From NCBI GenBank assembly GCA_964584935.1, contig CAZPBN010000008.1:38962-102961 (forward strand): a stretch of 64,000 nt of DNA, read 5' to 3'. Below, in pieces: positions 39,705-48,785 of the stretch. This DNA is from an uncultured Eubacteriales bacterium (GTDB lineage: Bacteria > Acidobacteriota > Aminicenantia > Aminicenantales > Aminicenantaceae). A program made the translations under genes and the position numbers. Positions within the stretch are counted from its first letter, which is position 1, and each line of letters opens with the position of its first letter. The notes beneath the pieces were generated by a model. It made no database searches, was not told the DNA's origin, and saw only the letters and a program-made list of their open reading frames with translations.

Positions 39705-40682
39705 ATGCCATTGAATAATTATAACAACATCCTGGATGGAATTGGCAGCACTCCTCTTTTGAAACTCAAACGAATCACAAAAGGAATTAAAGCGGATATT
39801 TTTTCTAAACTTGAATTTTATAATCCCACTGGCAGTGTCAAAGACAGAATAGCAAAATATATGATTGAAAAAGCAGAAAAAGATGGCAGGATAAAGCCGG
39901 GCTGCACTATCGTCGATAATTCTTCAGGAAACACAGCTATCGGCCTGGCTGTTGTGTGTGCGGTGAAGGGATACAAACTGAAAATAATCATAAGGGACAG
40001 CACAAGTCGTGAAAAAATCGAATTTCTCAAATCATTGAATGTCAACCTCGTTTTTGTTGACCACACGCTTCCCCCTGAATCCCCAAACAGCTATAACAAT
40101 CTTGCTCCAAAAGTGGTCAAAGAAACGCCCAATTCTTATTATTTTGACCAGCACAATAACCTAGATAACAATGAAACTCATTACTATACGACCGGTCCGG
40201 AAATCTGGGAACAAATGGAAGGAAACATTGACTACTTGGTTGCCGGAATGGGAACCGGAGGAACCCTTTGCGGAGCTGGAAGATTCCTTAAAGAAAAGGA
40301 CCCAAACATTAAGGTCATTGCTGTTGATCCGGAAGGCTCGATATTTTACGACTATTTTCACTCAATGCGTCTGATCAAACCTTTTCCTTATCTTATTGAG
40401 GGCCTGGGGGATGAATTTCTCATAGGTTGTGCTGAATTCGATGTCCTGGACGATATTATCAGAGTTGCGGATAAAGAAGCATTCCTTATGACAAGGAAGC
40501 TGGCAAAAACAGAAGGTGTTCTAGCAGGAGGATCAAGCGGAGCGGCTATATGGGCTGTCTTAAAACTGGCAAAAGAAATCGATCAACCAGCCCGGATTGT
40601 CACCCTTTTTCCAGACTCAGCCAACCGCTATCTCAGCACCATATACAATGATGCTTGGCTCAAAGAAAAAGGATTTCTCTGA
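39705..40682 (+). CDS. PLP-dependent cysteine synthase / cystathionine beta-synthase family
   Basis: NPTGSVKDR (PLP Lys), SSGNT, GMGTGGT, IEGLG and GGSSG motifs. Confidence 0.92.
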   Translation: MPLNNYNNILDGIGSTPLLKLKRITKGIKADIFSKLEFYNPTGSVKDRIAKYMIEKAEKDGRIKPGCTIVDNSSGNTAIGLAVVCAVKGYKLKIIIRDSTSREKIEFLKSLNVNLVFVDHTLPPESPNSYNNLAPKVVKETPNSYYFDQHNNLDNNETHYYTTGPEIWEQMEGNIDYLVAGMGTGGTLCGAGRFLKEKDPNIKVIAVDPEGSIFYDYFHSMRLIKPFPYLIEGLGDEFLIGCAEFDVLDDIIRVADKEAFLMTRKLAKTEGVLAGGSSGAAIWAVLKLAKEIDQPARIVTLFPDSANRYLSTIYNDAWLKEKGFL

Positions 40683-40907
40683 TAAAAAACAATGAATAGT
40701 AAAACATAAGAGGTCAGACAGTAAGATGTGAAACAAAATTCATGGAGAGGCTAGTAACACAAAAAACGCAAACAGACTAAAGAGATCCGATTGACCAAAC
40801 ATACCAAATAAAAACAATCAACACAAGTAATGCAACTTCTACCTGCTATTTGTTTTATAGGAACAATTGTGCTAAAATTTTTAATAATAAACCCATAAGG
40901 AGATAAT

Positions 40908-41657
40908 ATGTCAGGACATTCAAAATGGCATTCTATCAAACATAAAAAAGCAGCAGCAGATGCCAAAAGAGGGAAAATTTTCACAAAAATAATCCGTGAA
41001 CTTTCAGTGGCGGCCCGAATGGGAGGAGATGATCCTGATGCCAATCCCCGTTTAAGAAAAGCGATTTCTGATGCCAAAGCGGTCAACATGCCGGCTGATA
41101 ACGTCAAAAAAGCCATCATGAAGGGAACCGGTCAGCTTGAAGGTGTGAATTACGAAGAAATTTCCTATGAAGGATATGGACCCGGAGGAGTTGCCATCTA
41201 TGTTGAAGCATTGACTGATAATAAGAACAGGACTGTATCTGAGCTTAGGAATATATTTTCAAAAAATGGAGGAAATCTTGGCGAATCCGGCTGTGTAGCT
41301 TGGATGTTTGACCGAAAAGGATATATTGTTATTGAAAAAAGTGAAGCTTCGGAGGATGAACTTTTAGAAATTATCTTGGAAGCCGGAGCTGAAGACCTAA
41401 AAGAAGACGGAAGCAATTACGAAATTTTCACCTCTCCGGACAACTATGAATCGGTTGTCAATGCCTTAAAAAACAATAATATAGAACTGGCTGCTTCCAA
41501 TCTGGGTTATATCCCCCAAAATTATGTTAAACTAGAAGGTAAACAAGCCCATCAACTGCTCCGGTTGATTGAAAGCCTGGAAGAACATGATGATGTTCAG
41601 AATGTTTGGGCTAATTTTGATATCGATGAAGAAGAAATTGCCCAATATTCAAACTAA
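40908..41657 (+). CDS. yebC: YebC/PmpR family protein
   Basis: MSGHSKW, YEGYGPGG, TDNKNRT and DDVQNV motifs. Confidence 0.96.
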   Translation: MSGHSKWHSIKHKKAAADAKRGKIFTKIIRELSVAARMGGDDPDANPRLRKAISDAKAVNMPADNVKKAIMKGTGQLEGVNYEEISYEGYGPGGVAIYVEALTDNKNRTVSELRNIFSKNGGNLGESGCVAWMFDRKGYIVIEKSEASEDELLEIILEAGAEDLKEDGSNYEIFTSPDNYESVVNALKNNNIELAASNLGYIPQNYVKLEGKQAHQLLRLIESLEEHDDVQNVWANFDIDEEEIAQYSN

Positions 41658-41660
41658 ATA

Positions 41661-42164
41661 ATGATAGTCCTTGGAATCGATCCCAGTGTCCGGTCCACAG
41701 GATTTGGAATCATTGATGAATGCGAGGGTAAATACTCTGTGATCAGCTACGGAGTGATCAAACCCTCTCCTCTCAAATTATTCCACCATAAAATCAATGA
41801 AATTCGATCTAATATAGAAAATATCATATCCAATTACAAACCAGATGAGGTGGCGATTGAAAATCTATTCTACGCCCAAAATATTAAAACAGCCCTTACT
41901 CTTGGACAGACCAGAGGAGCTGTTCTCATAGCTGTTGCTTCCTGCGACTGTAATCTCTATGAATACTCCCCTTTAGAAATAAAAAAAGCGGTCACAGGAT
42001 ACGGGCAGGCAAATAAACACCAGGTCCAAAAAATGATCAAAACACTTCTCAATATCGAAGATGACAAAATGGGTTCGGATGAATCGGATGCTCTCGCTGC
42101 TGCATTCTGCCACCTAAACTCAAGAAGTTTTTTGAATAAAATTTATAAACAAGACAGACATTAG
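41661..42164 (+). CDS. ruvC: Holliday junction resolvase
   Basis: LGIDP, AIE, IKKAVTGYG.A.K.QV and DESDALA motifs; operon context. Confidence 0.96.
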   Translation: MIVLGIDPSVRSTGFGIIDECEGKYSVISYGVIKPSPLKLFHHKINEIRSNIENIISNYKPDEVAIENLFYAQNIKTALTLGQTRGAVLIAVASCDCNLYEYSPLEIKKAVTGYGQANKHQVQKMIKTLLNIEDDKMGSDESDALAAAFCHLNSRSFLNKIYKQDRH

Positions 42165-42173
42165 GAAAGGGGA

Positions 42174-42761
42174 ATGATCGCATATCTCAAGGGATTATTG
42201 ATACAAAAATCGCCGGACCAGGTTGTCCTTGACACCGGGGGAGTTGGATACAGAGCCTGGATTCCTCTTTCAACCTATTTGAAACTGGGAAACACTGATG
42301 AATCTGTTGAACTTTTTATATACACCTATCTCAGTGATAATGCCATCTCTCTTTACGGCTTCTATTCGGAAAAAGAAAAAAACATTTTTCAGAGATTGAT
42401 AAGTATATCAGGCATAGGCCCTAAACTGGCTCTCAATATTCTATCAGGAATTGAAACTTCTGATCTGGAAGACGCCATAAGAAAAAGTGATGTCACCCGG
42501 CTTTCTTTAATTCCGGGAATTGGAAAAAAAACAGCCATGCGTATAGCTCTTGAGCTTCAGGAGAAACTGGACCTGAAAGAAAAAATATTAGCTCCGGAAG
42601 AATCCACTCACAAAAATGACCTGATATCAGCTCTCACAAACCTGGGATTCAGAAAAAAAGAAGTGGAAACTATTGTCGATGAAACCATAAGAAAAAGTTC
42701 TGCAGACACAGATTTTGAATCCCTCTTAAGGAAAAGCTTGAAGAAACTCTCAAAATTCTAA
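42174..42761 (+). CDS. ruvA: Holliday junction DNA-binding subunit
   Basis: MIAYLKG, GVGY, LYGF, ISGIGPKLA and IPGIGKKTA motifs. Confidence 0.96.
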   Translation: MIAYLKGLLIQKSPDQVVLDTGGVGYRAWIPLSTYLKLGNTDESVELFIYTYLSDNAISLYGFYSEKEKNIFQRLISISGIGPKLALNILSGIETSDLEDAIRKSDVTRLSLIPGIGKKTAMRIALELQEKLDLKEKILAPEESTHKNDLISALTNLGFRKKEVETIVDETIRKSSADTDFESLLRKSLKKLSKF

Positions 42762-42826
42762 TGAAATGAATAGTTCCTTAACTTCTTGCTTGAATCCAGT
42801 TCCTTCTATAAAATAGAGCACACACA

Positions 42827-43873
42827 ATGATTAAAGAAAAAAAATTTGAAGCCGTCCTCAATCCGATAAGAACTAAAGAGGATCTTCTTTTCGAAGACAA
42901 TCTGCGACCTAAAAATTTCAAAGAATTTATCGGACAGGAAACTGTTAAATCCAATATGGATGTATTCATCAAGGCTGCTCAAAAAAGAAATGAGCATTTG
43001 GATCATGTCCTTCTTCACGGGCCTCCGGGACTGGGAAAAACAAGCCTCGCTTATTTGATCGCTAAAAGCATGGGAGCAGGAATCAAGCCCACTTCAGGTC
43101 CTGTGATTGAAAAAACAGGCGATTTATCCGCCATTCTATCCAACATTCAGGAAAGGGAAATCCTTTTTATTGATGAAATCCACAGACTTCATCCTTCTGT
43201 AGAAGAGATTCTCTATTCAGCAATGGAAGATTTTTCTCTGGATATTATTATTGGACAAGGGCCGGGAGCAAGAAGTCACAAACTCAAGCTCAAGAAATTT
43301 ACGCTCATTGGAGCAACAACCAGAGCAGGACGCATTTCTCCGCCTTTGAGGGGAAGGTTTGGAATCATCAACCGTCTTGATTATTACAAAGAAAAGGATT
43401 TAAAGGATATTATTAAAAGATCTGCCTTTCTTCTTAACATTGATATTGATGATAAGGGAGCAACCCAGATCGCTCACAGATCCAGGGGAACACCGCGAGT
43501 TGCCAACAGGCTGCTGCGTCGAGTCAGAGATTTCGCCGATGTCAAGGGAGAAGGGAAAATAACCATAAATGAAGCAACATCAGCTCTGGACATGATGGAA
43601 GTCGACTCCAGAGGCCTCGATGAAGTTGACAGAAAAATCATTATGACCATAATCGAAAACTTTAGCGGCGGGCCTGTCGGAATCAACACCATTGCTGCTG
43701 CCATTGATGAAGAAAAAGACACCATTGAATCCATTTATGAACCTTTTCTGATGCGCATAGGATTTCTTGCCCGGACGTCAAGAGGCAGGGAAATAACTCC
43801 GAGAGCTTACAAGCACTTTGGGCTCAAATACTATCAATCCGATCAGGGAAAACTATTTCAGAACAAAGATTAG
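42827..43873 (+). CDS. ruvB: Holliday junction branch-migration helicase
   Basis: [37 protein letters not shown] and YEPFL motifs. Confidence 0.97.
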   Translation: MIKEKKFEAVLNPIRTKEDLLFEDNLRPKNFKEFIGQETVKSNMDVFIKAAQKRNEHLDHVLLHGPPGLGKTSLAYLIAKSMGAGIKPTSGPVIEKTGDLSAILSNIQEREILFIDEIHRLHPSVEEILYSAMEDFSLDIIIGQGPGARSHKLKLKKFTLIGATTRAGRISPPLRGRFGIINRLDYYKEKDLKDIIKRSAFLLNIDIDDKGATQIAHRSRGTPRVANRLLRRVRDFADVKGEGKITINEATSALDMMEVDSRGLDEVDRKIIMTIIENFSGGPVGINTIAAAIDEEKDTIESIYEPFLMRIGFLARTSRGREITPRAYKHFGLKYYQSDQGKLFQNKD

Positions 43874-43918
43874 ATAAAATTGATATGGGATTTCTCAATT
43901 TAAAGTTAAATCAGTGAT

Positions 43919-44950
43919 ATGCTCGTCAGTGAATTTGATTATTATCTCCCACCTGAATTGATTGCCCAGCACCCCCTTCCCAAAAGAGAACAATCCAGAA
44001 TGATGGTTGTCAAAAGAGACAGCGGAGATATCACTCATTCTCAATTCAATCACTTTCCCGATTTTTTGAATGACAAAGATATGCTCGTCTTAAATGATAC
44101 AAAAGTTCTTCCAGCAAAAATATGGGGGGAAATAGAGGGAAAAACCATTGAATTCCTTTTTATCAAACAACACAGTCCTGACATATGGGAAGTTCTTTGC
44201 CGTCCTGCCAGAAAAATCAATATCGGAGATACCATTGATTTTGAAAATGGATACAAAGGAAAAATAATCAACAAAGGACCCGAAGGAAGGAGAAAAATTC
44301 ATTTTTTTTCAAACAATATTATTTCTCTGCTCAAGAAAGCAGGTTATGCCCCTCTTCCCCCTTACATAAAAAGAGAAGAACATACCGAAAAAACAAGAAA
44401 AAAAGATATAGGACGATACCAGACTATCTTTGCCCGGAAAGAAGGAGCCATAGCTGCTCCTACAGCAGGGCTTCACTTCACTCCGGAAATCCTAAAAAAA
44501 ATTCAATCTAAAGGTGTATCCATTCAAAAAATCACTCTGGATGTCGGTTTTGCTACGTTCAAACCGGTGCGTAAAGAACACACAGAAAAAATAAAAATGC
44601 TCGAAGAAACTTATGAAATAAGCCAATCCACAGCAGAAAATTTGAATAAAGCGATCCAAGAATCAAAATCCATCGTATCGGTTGGAACAACAACAGTCCG
44701 GGCTCTGGAAAGCTCTATAAAAAATAAAAATATTCTTCCCGGAAGCCGTTCCACCAACCTTTTCATTTGCCCCGGTTATAATTTTAAAGTTACAGATAAA
44801 TTATTAACCAACTTTCATCTCCCTAAATCCACTTTATTGATGCTCGTTTCGGCATTTGCCGGATTAGACCTTATAAAAAAAGCCTATCAAGAAGCTGTTC
44901 AAAAAAGATACCGGTTCTATAGCTACGGAGATTGTATGTTTATTATATAA
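43919..44950 (+). CDS. queA: S-adenosylmethionine:tRNA ribosyltransferase-isomerase
   Basis: LPPELIAQ, PLPPYI, AAPTAGLHF, VGTTTVRALES, TNFHLP and YRFYSYGD motifs. Confidence 0.97.
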   Translation: MLVSEFDYYLPPELIAQHPLPKREQSRMMVVKRDSGDITHSQFNHFPDFLNDKDMLVLNDTKVLPAKIWGEIEGKTIEFLFIKQHSPDIWEVLCRPARKINIGDTIDFENGYKGKIINKGPEGRRKIHFFSNNIISLLKKAGYAPLPPYIKREEHTEKTRKKDIGRYQTIFARKEGAIAAPTAGLHFTPEILKKIQSKGVSIQKITLDVGFATFKPVRKEHTEKIKMLEETYEISQSTAENLNKAIQESKSIVSVGTTTVRALESSIKNKNILPGSRSTNLFICPGYNFKVTDKLLTNFHLPKSTLLMLVSAFAGLDLIKKAYQEAVQKRYRFYSYGDCMFII

Positions 44951-44962
44951 CCTGATTCGGAT

Positions 44963-45052
44963 TGGATTTCCCGGTCAAGCCGGGCGATGACAAAAGGTCA
45001 GACCGGGCAATGACAGGGGAAATGGATTGCCCGATCAAGTCGGACAATGACA
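44963..45052 (+). repeat. tandem 30-bp palindromic elements (TGGATTGCCCGGTCAAGCCGGGCAATGACA family), 2 full copies + 1 partial
   Basis: Copies at 44963-44992, 44996-45015 (partial) and 45023-45052; a fourth copy lies at 54914-54943. Confidence 0.85.
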
Positions 45053-45055
45053 TAT

Positions 45056-45080
45056 GAAGGGACTAGTCTCCAAACAGTCC
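45056..45080 (+). repeat. REP-like element (GTAG family, degenerate)
   Basis: GAAGGGACTAGTCTCCAAACAGTCC resembles the copies at 6904-7011. Confidence 0.5.
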
Positions 45081-45165
45081 ATATAATAAAAAATGATGGT
45101 TTCGGTTATTTAAACAGGAACTAGATATAGACCTGAGCCTCATTTGATGTTAAAATAATTTTCTT

Positions 45166-45513
45166 ATGAAACACAATACAGACAGAACCACGGAATCAAA
45201 ATTGAACAGCGTCCTTCATCCATCCAACAAAGCAGAACAATTTATAATCACCATTGTCTTCAGATATAAAATTTCTCCTAACTACAAAAAAGCGGTTGAG
45301 CTGGCGAAAAAAAATCCAACCTACAGAGAAGAAGGAGAAGGAGAATGGATCCGTCATTCAGCGGACTACACACAGGCAGAAGTTGAAGATTTATTTAAGC
45401 TGTTTAACCTGGTTCATGAATGGGACAACACGGAAGTTCTTATCAATCACAAAAACATTCCTTATGGACACCAGCTTTGGCTCCCTCTTATGTGGTTTTA
45501 TCGAATAAAGTAA
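45166..45513 (+). CDS. hypothetical protein
   Basis: 115-aa ORF with protein-like composition (LFNLVHEWD...PYGHQLWLPLMWFY). Confidence 0.65.
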   Translation: MKHNTDRTTESKLNSVLHPSNKAEQFIITIVFRYKISPNYKKAVELAKKNPTYREEGEGEWIRHSADYTQAEVEDLFKLFNLVHEWDNTEVLINHKNIPYGHQLWLPLMWFYRIK

Positions 45514-45614
45514 CACACTTATATTTTCTCTTTTTACTTTATCTAATGATCGAGAATGATTTCATCTTATTTTTAAATAAGACAAATAGATATACTGCCA
45601 CATATAGCTGAATA

Positions 45615-46043
45615 TTATTCCACTTTTTTCAGAACAAATGTCATAGCACTTCCTGTCGAATCAAATGAAGGCGCTCTTTCATTTTTCCCGGGTTCACCAA
45701 GTACTAAAGTCAAAGTATCTCCCTCAATTTTATAGATTCCAAGCGAAGTTTGTCCTATATAGGCAGGAATCCCGGACTCTTTGATTTTGAGATCGATTTC
45801 TTTAGGATCAGCCTCTGCATTTGTTTTAAACACCCCGGAATACCAAACGGTTGGATTGGGAGATTTGACTTTGCAATCATTTCCTGAATAAGTGAATTTC
45901 CAGCCCTGGTAATGCTCCTTTCCTTCCCATATTCCTTCAAGCTCACTTTTTCCATTGGCTCCATACATGCCATCAAAGCTTCCCATATAGATAACACCCA
46001 TTATTAAAACACAGATTAACATTGCTTTTTTCATTTTTCTCAC
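45615..46043 (-). CDS. TIGR03067-like exported domain protein
   Basis: GGAGG RBS; signal peptide; LEGIW...DPKEIDL...LGIYKIEGDTLTL....R..SF pattern. Confidence 0.75.
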   Translation of the reverse strand: MRKMKKAMLICVLIMGVIYMGSFDGMYGANGKSELEGIWEGKEHYQGWKFTYSGNDCKVKSPNPTVWYSGVFKTNAEADPKEIDLKIKESGIPAYIGQTSLGIYKIEGDTLTLVLGEPGKNERAPSFDSTGSAMTFVLKKVE

Positions 46044-46219
46044 TATTCAAACCTCCTCTAATTCATATATACTAACTCATATCACATATAAATCCTCAAT
46101 TCAACACACTTTATCTCAAAAACCAATATGAATCATGAATTGGAAAATGCCCAACATCGAATGAAAATCAAATGAATCATTAAAAAAAGTCACTTTATAA
46201 AAGGGACATCTAAAAATTG

Positions 46220-46434
46220 AGGGACACTTTACCCATTTACCTTATTTAGTGATGTTCGATGATTTTGTAGTGATGTTCGATGATTTTGATTTGGAAAATA
46301 TATGAAGGACACTATACCTGTTTACTTTATTTAATTATATTTAACAATGGCAGGTGATTTCTATTTATTATTAAATTAGGTAAATAGGTATAGTGTCCCT
46401 ATTTTAAAATAAGGTAAATGGGTAAAGTGTCCCT
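46220..46434. mobile_element. MITE/REPIN-like element: nested inverted repeats of the 28-bp AGGGACAC unit
   Basis: 46220-46247 and 46407-46434 are perfect 28-bp inverted copies. An inner imperfect pair lies at 46305-46332 / 46373-46400. No coding capacity. Confidence 0.65.
46247..46288 (+). repeat. perfect 21-bp tandem duplication
   Basis: TAGTGATGTTCGATGATTTTG x2. Confidence 0.9.
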
Positions 46435-46439
46435 GCATT

Positions 46440-47822
46440 TCAGATCTGTTCGAATCTTGCCGTGAAGTGCCTGAGGTGTTCCGGTTGATAGACTATTTTC
46501 AGTCCCTTTATCTTGCTTCGTTCTTTATAAAGCGCTTTCAGGGAATCAGCTATATAGTTCAAATGAGAAACCGTATAGACTCTTCTCGGTATCGCCAGGC
46601 GAACCAGTTCCAACTTGGGATATTCCACTTCCCCTGTTTGTTCATTTGTCTTTGAAAACATAACACCGCCAATCTCGACTGCACGAATTCCTGATTTTCT
46701 GAACAATTCCACGGTCAAAGTCCATCCAGGGAATTGATGACGCGGAATATGGGGAAGAAACTGATCAGCCAGTATATAGACGGCATGACCTCCAATAGGA
46801 TTAAAAACAGGTATTCCTGCCTCTTTTAAAAGATTTCCAAGATACTGCACTTGATTCACCCGGTATTCCAGATAATCTTCATCCAGTACTTCCTGAATCC
46901 CTATAGAAATGGCTTCAAGATCCCGTCCAGCAAGACCTCCATAGGTTAAAAATCCTTCGCCTATGATAAGAAGATTTTTAATTTTTTGTGCCAGAGAATC
47001 GTCATTCAAGGTAACAAATCCTCCAATGTTCACCAGGGCATCCTTTTTTGCGCTCATAGTCGCCCCATCGGCATAGGAGAACATTTCCCTTGAAATTTCC
47101 AACATGGATTTACTTGAAAAACCCTTTTCTCTTTTTTTAATAAAATAGGCATTCTCAGCAAAGCGACAGGCATCAAAGAAAAAGGGAATGCCATATTTCC
47201 GGCAAAGGCTGCTCGTATCTTTGATATTTTTGAGTGATACAGGCTGTCCTCCACCACTGTTATTGGTCAATGTCAACATAACAAGAGGTATTTTTTCTTT
47301 TTCGTTTTCCTTGAAAAAATTCTCCAGTTTTTCCAAATTCATGTTCCCTTTAAATCCAAAATCAGAGTCAGGATTATAGGCTTCATCAATCACTAAGTTT
47401 CTAGCTTCGGCTTCTCTGACCTCAATGTTTGCCCGGGTAGTGTCAAAGTGAATATTGTTCACCACAACATCCCCTTTTTTCAGTACCGATTGAAAAAGTA
47501 TCCTTTCCGCTGCTCTTCCCTGATGAGTTGGTACGACATGATCAAATCCGAATACACTCTTTACAGATTTTTCAAAATTGAAGAAGCTTTTTGATCCGGC
47601 ATAAGACTCATCCCCGGTCATCATCCCTGCCCATTGATGATCACTCATTGCAGAAGTCCCGCTGTCCGTGAGAAGATCGATATAGACCTTCTCAGAAGGA
47701 ATATCAAACACATTGAATCCGCATTCTTTAAGGAGTTTCTCTCTTTCCTTTTGTGAAATCTTCTTTATCGGTTCCACAACCTTTATTTTGAAAGGTTCAA
47801 CGGGAAGCTTAAAATCAGACAT
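46440..47822 (-). CDS. tnaA: tryptophanase (beta-eliminating lyase; tyrosine phenol-lyase is the alternative)
   Basis: IDLLTDSGT, GDESYAGS, THQGR.AE, FDTTR, GGQPVS, MSAKKD (PLP Lys), TYGGL and RLAIPRRVYT motifs. Confidence 0.88.
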   Translation of the reverse strand: MSDFKLPVEPFKIKVVEPIKKISQKEREKLLKECGFNVFDIPSEKVYIDLLTDSGTSAMSDHQWAGMMTGDESYAGSKSFFNFEKSVKSVFGFDHVVPTHQGRAAERILFQSVLKKGDVVVNNIHFDTTRANIEVREAEARNLVIDEAYNPDSDFGFKGNMNLEKLENFFKENEKEKIPLVMLTLTNNSGGGQPVSLKNIKDTSSLCRKYGIPFFFDACRFAENAYFIKKREKGFSSKSMLEISREMFSYADGATMSAKKDALVNIGGFVTLNDDSLAQKIKNLLIIGEGFLTYGGLAGRDLEAISIGIQEVLDEDYLEYRVNQVQYLGNLLKEAGIPVFNPIGGHAVYILADQFLPHIPRHQFPGWTLTVELFRKSGIRAVEIGGVMFSKTNEQTGEVEYPKLELVRLAIPRRVYTVSHLNYIADSLKALYKERSKIKGLKIVYQPEHLRHFTARFEQI

Positions 47823-47875
47823 AATCACCTCCGGATGTTCAAAAGCACTAGTATTCCATTATTTCAAAAGTCTGT

Positions 47876-48769
47876 CTAAAATGAAACAAGTTTTTTGAAC
47901 TCACCATAGCGTCTTTCTATCTCTGAATTCGACAAACTTTCAAATCGTTCCAGACCAAAATTCTCTATGGCAAATGACGCCATAACAGTTCCATAAACAG
48001 CAGCTCTTCGAATTCCTTTCCGGGTTATTTTCCTTCCTTTATCCAAATAGCCCAGAAATCCCCCTGCAAAACAATCCCCTGCTCCGGTGGGATCAACCAC
48101 ACACTCACAAGGAAAAGCGGGAATAGAAAAAATGCTGGTTTCATCAAAAATAAGAACCCCATGTTCTCCCTTTTTTACCACAATTATCTCAGGCCCCATA
48201 TTTATGATGCTCTTTCCGGCTTTAATCAAATTGGGCTCATTTTGAATCAATTTGATTTCCTGGTCATTGGCAAAAAAAACATCCACTTGTCCAAGGACCT
48301 TTAAAAGAGCTTCTTTCTTTTTTTCAATCCAAAAATTCATTGTATCCATAGCCACCAGCTTCGGCTTTTTGACTTGATTGAGTATATCCTGTTGAAGGGT
48401 TGGATCAATATTGGCAAGAAGTACAATGTCAGACAATTCATATTCTTTGGGGATTTGAGGCTTATATTGTTCCAAAACATTCAATTCGGTCTTTATTGTG
48501 GTTCGTATATTGGGATCCTCTCCATACCGGCCTTCCCAAAAGAAAGTTTTCCCTGATTCGATTTGAAGACCTTTGATATCTATATCTTTGCTCTTGAAAT
48601 ATTCTATGGTCTTTTGAGGAAAATCCTCTCCAATAACCCCCACTATTTTAGGGTTGGTGAAAAAACTTGCAGCCACAGCACAATAGGTTCCGGATCCCCC
48701 GGCAATTCTTTCTCTTCTGGCTACAGGAGTTTCAATGGTATCAATATTAAACGTTCCAATAATAATCAT
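47876..48769 (-). CDS. PfkB family carbohydrate/nucleoside kinase
   Basis: GGSGTY, DTMNFWI, KKGEHG and DPTGAGDCFAGGF motifs. Confidence 0.92.
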   Translation of the reverse strand: MIIIGTFNIDTIETPVARRERIAGGSGTYCAVAASFFTNPKIVGVIGEDFPQKTIEYFKSKDIDIKGLQIESGKTFFWEGRYGEDPNIRTTIKTELNVLEQYKPQIPKEYELSDIVLLANIDPTLQQDILNQVKKPKLVAMDTMNFWIEKKKEALLKVLGQVDVFFANDQEIKLIQNEPNLIKAGKSIINMGPEIIVVKKGEHGVLIFDETSIFSIPAFPCECVVDPTGAGDCFAGGFLGYLDKGRKITRKGIRRAAVYGTVMASFAIENFGLERFESLSNSEIERRYGEFKKLVSF

Positions 48770-48785
48770 ACAAATTCCTTTGGTG

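Noticed and set aside
40858-40874. Sigma54-like sequence upstream of yebC (TAGGAACAATTGTGCT)
   Set aside because: The GG-to-GC spacing is one base short of the strict -24/-12 requirement.
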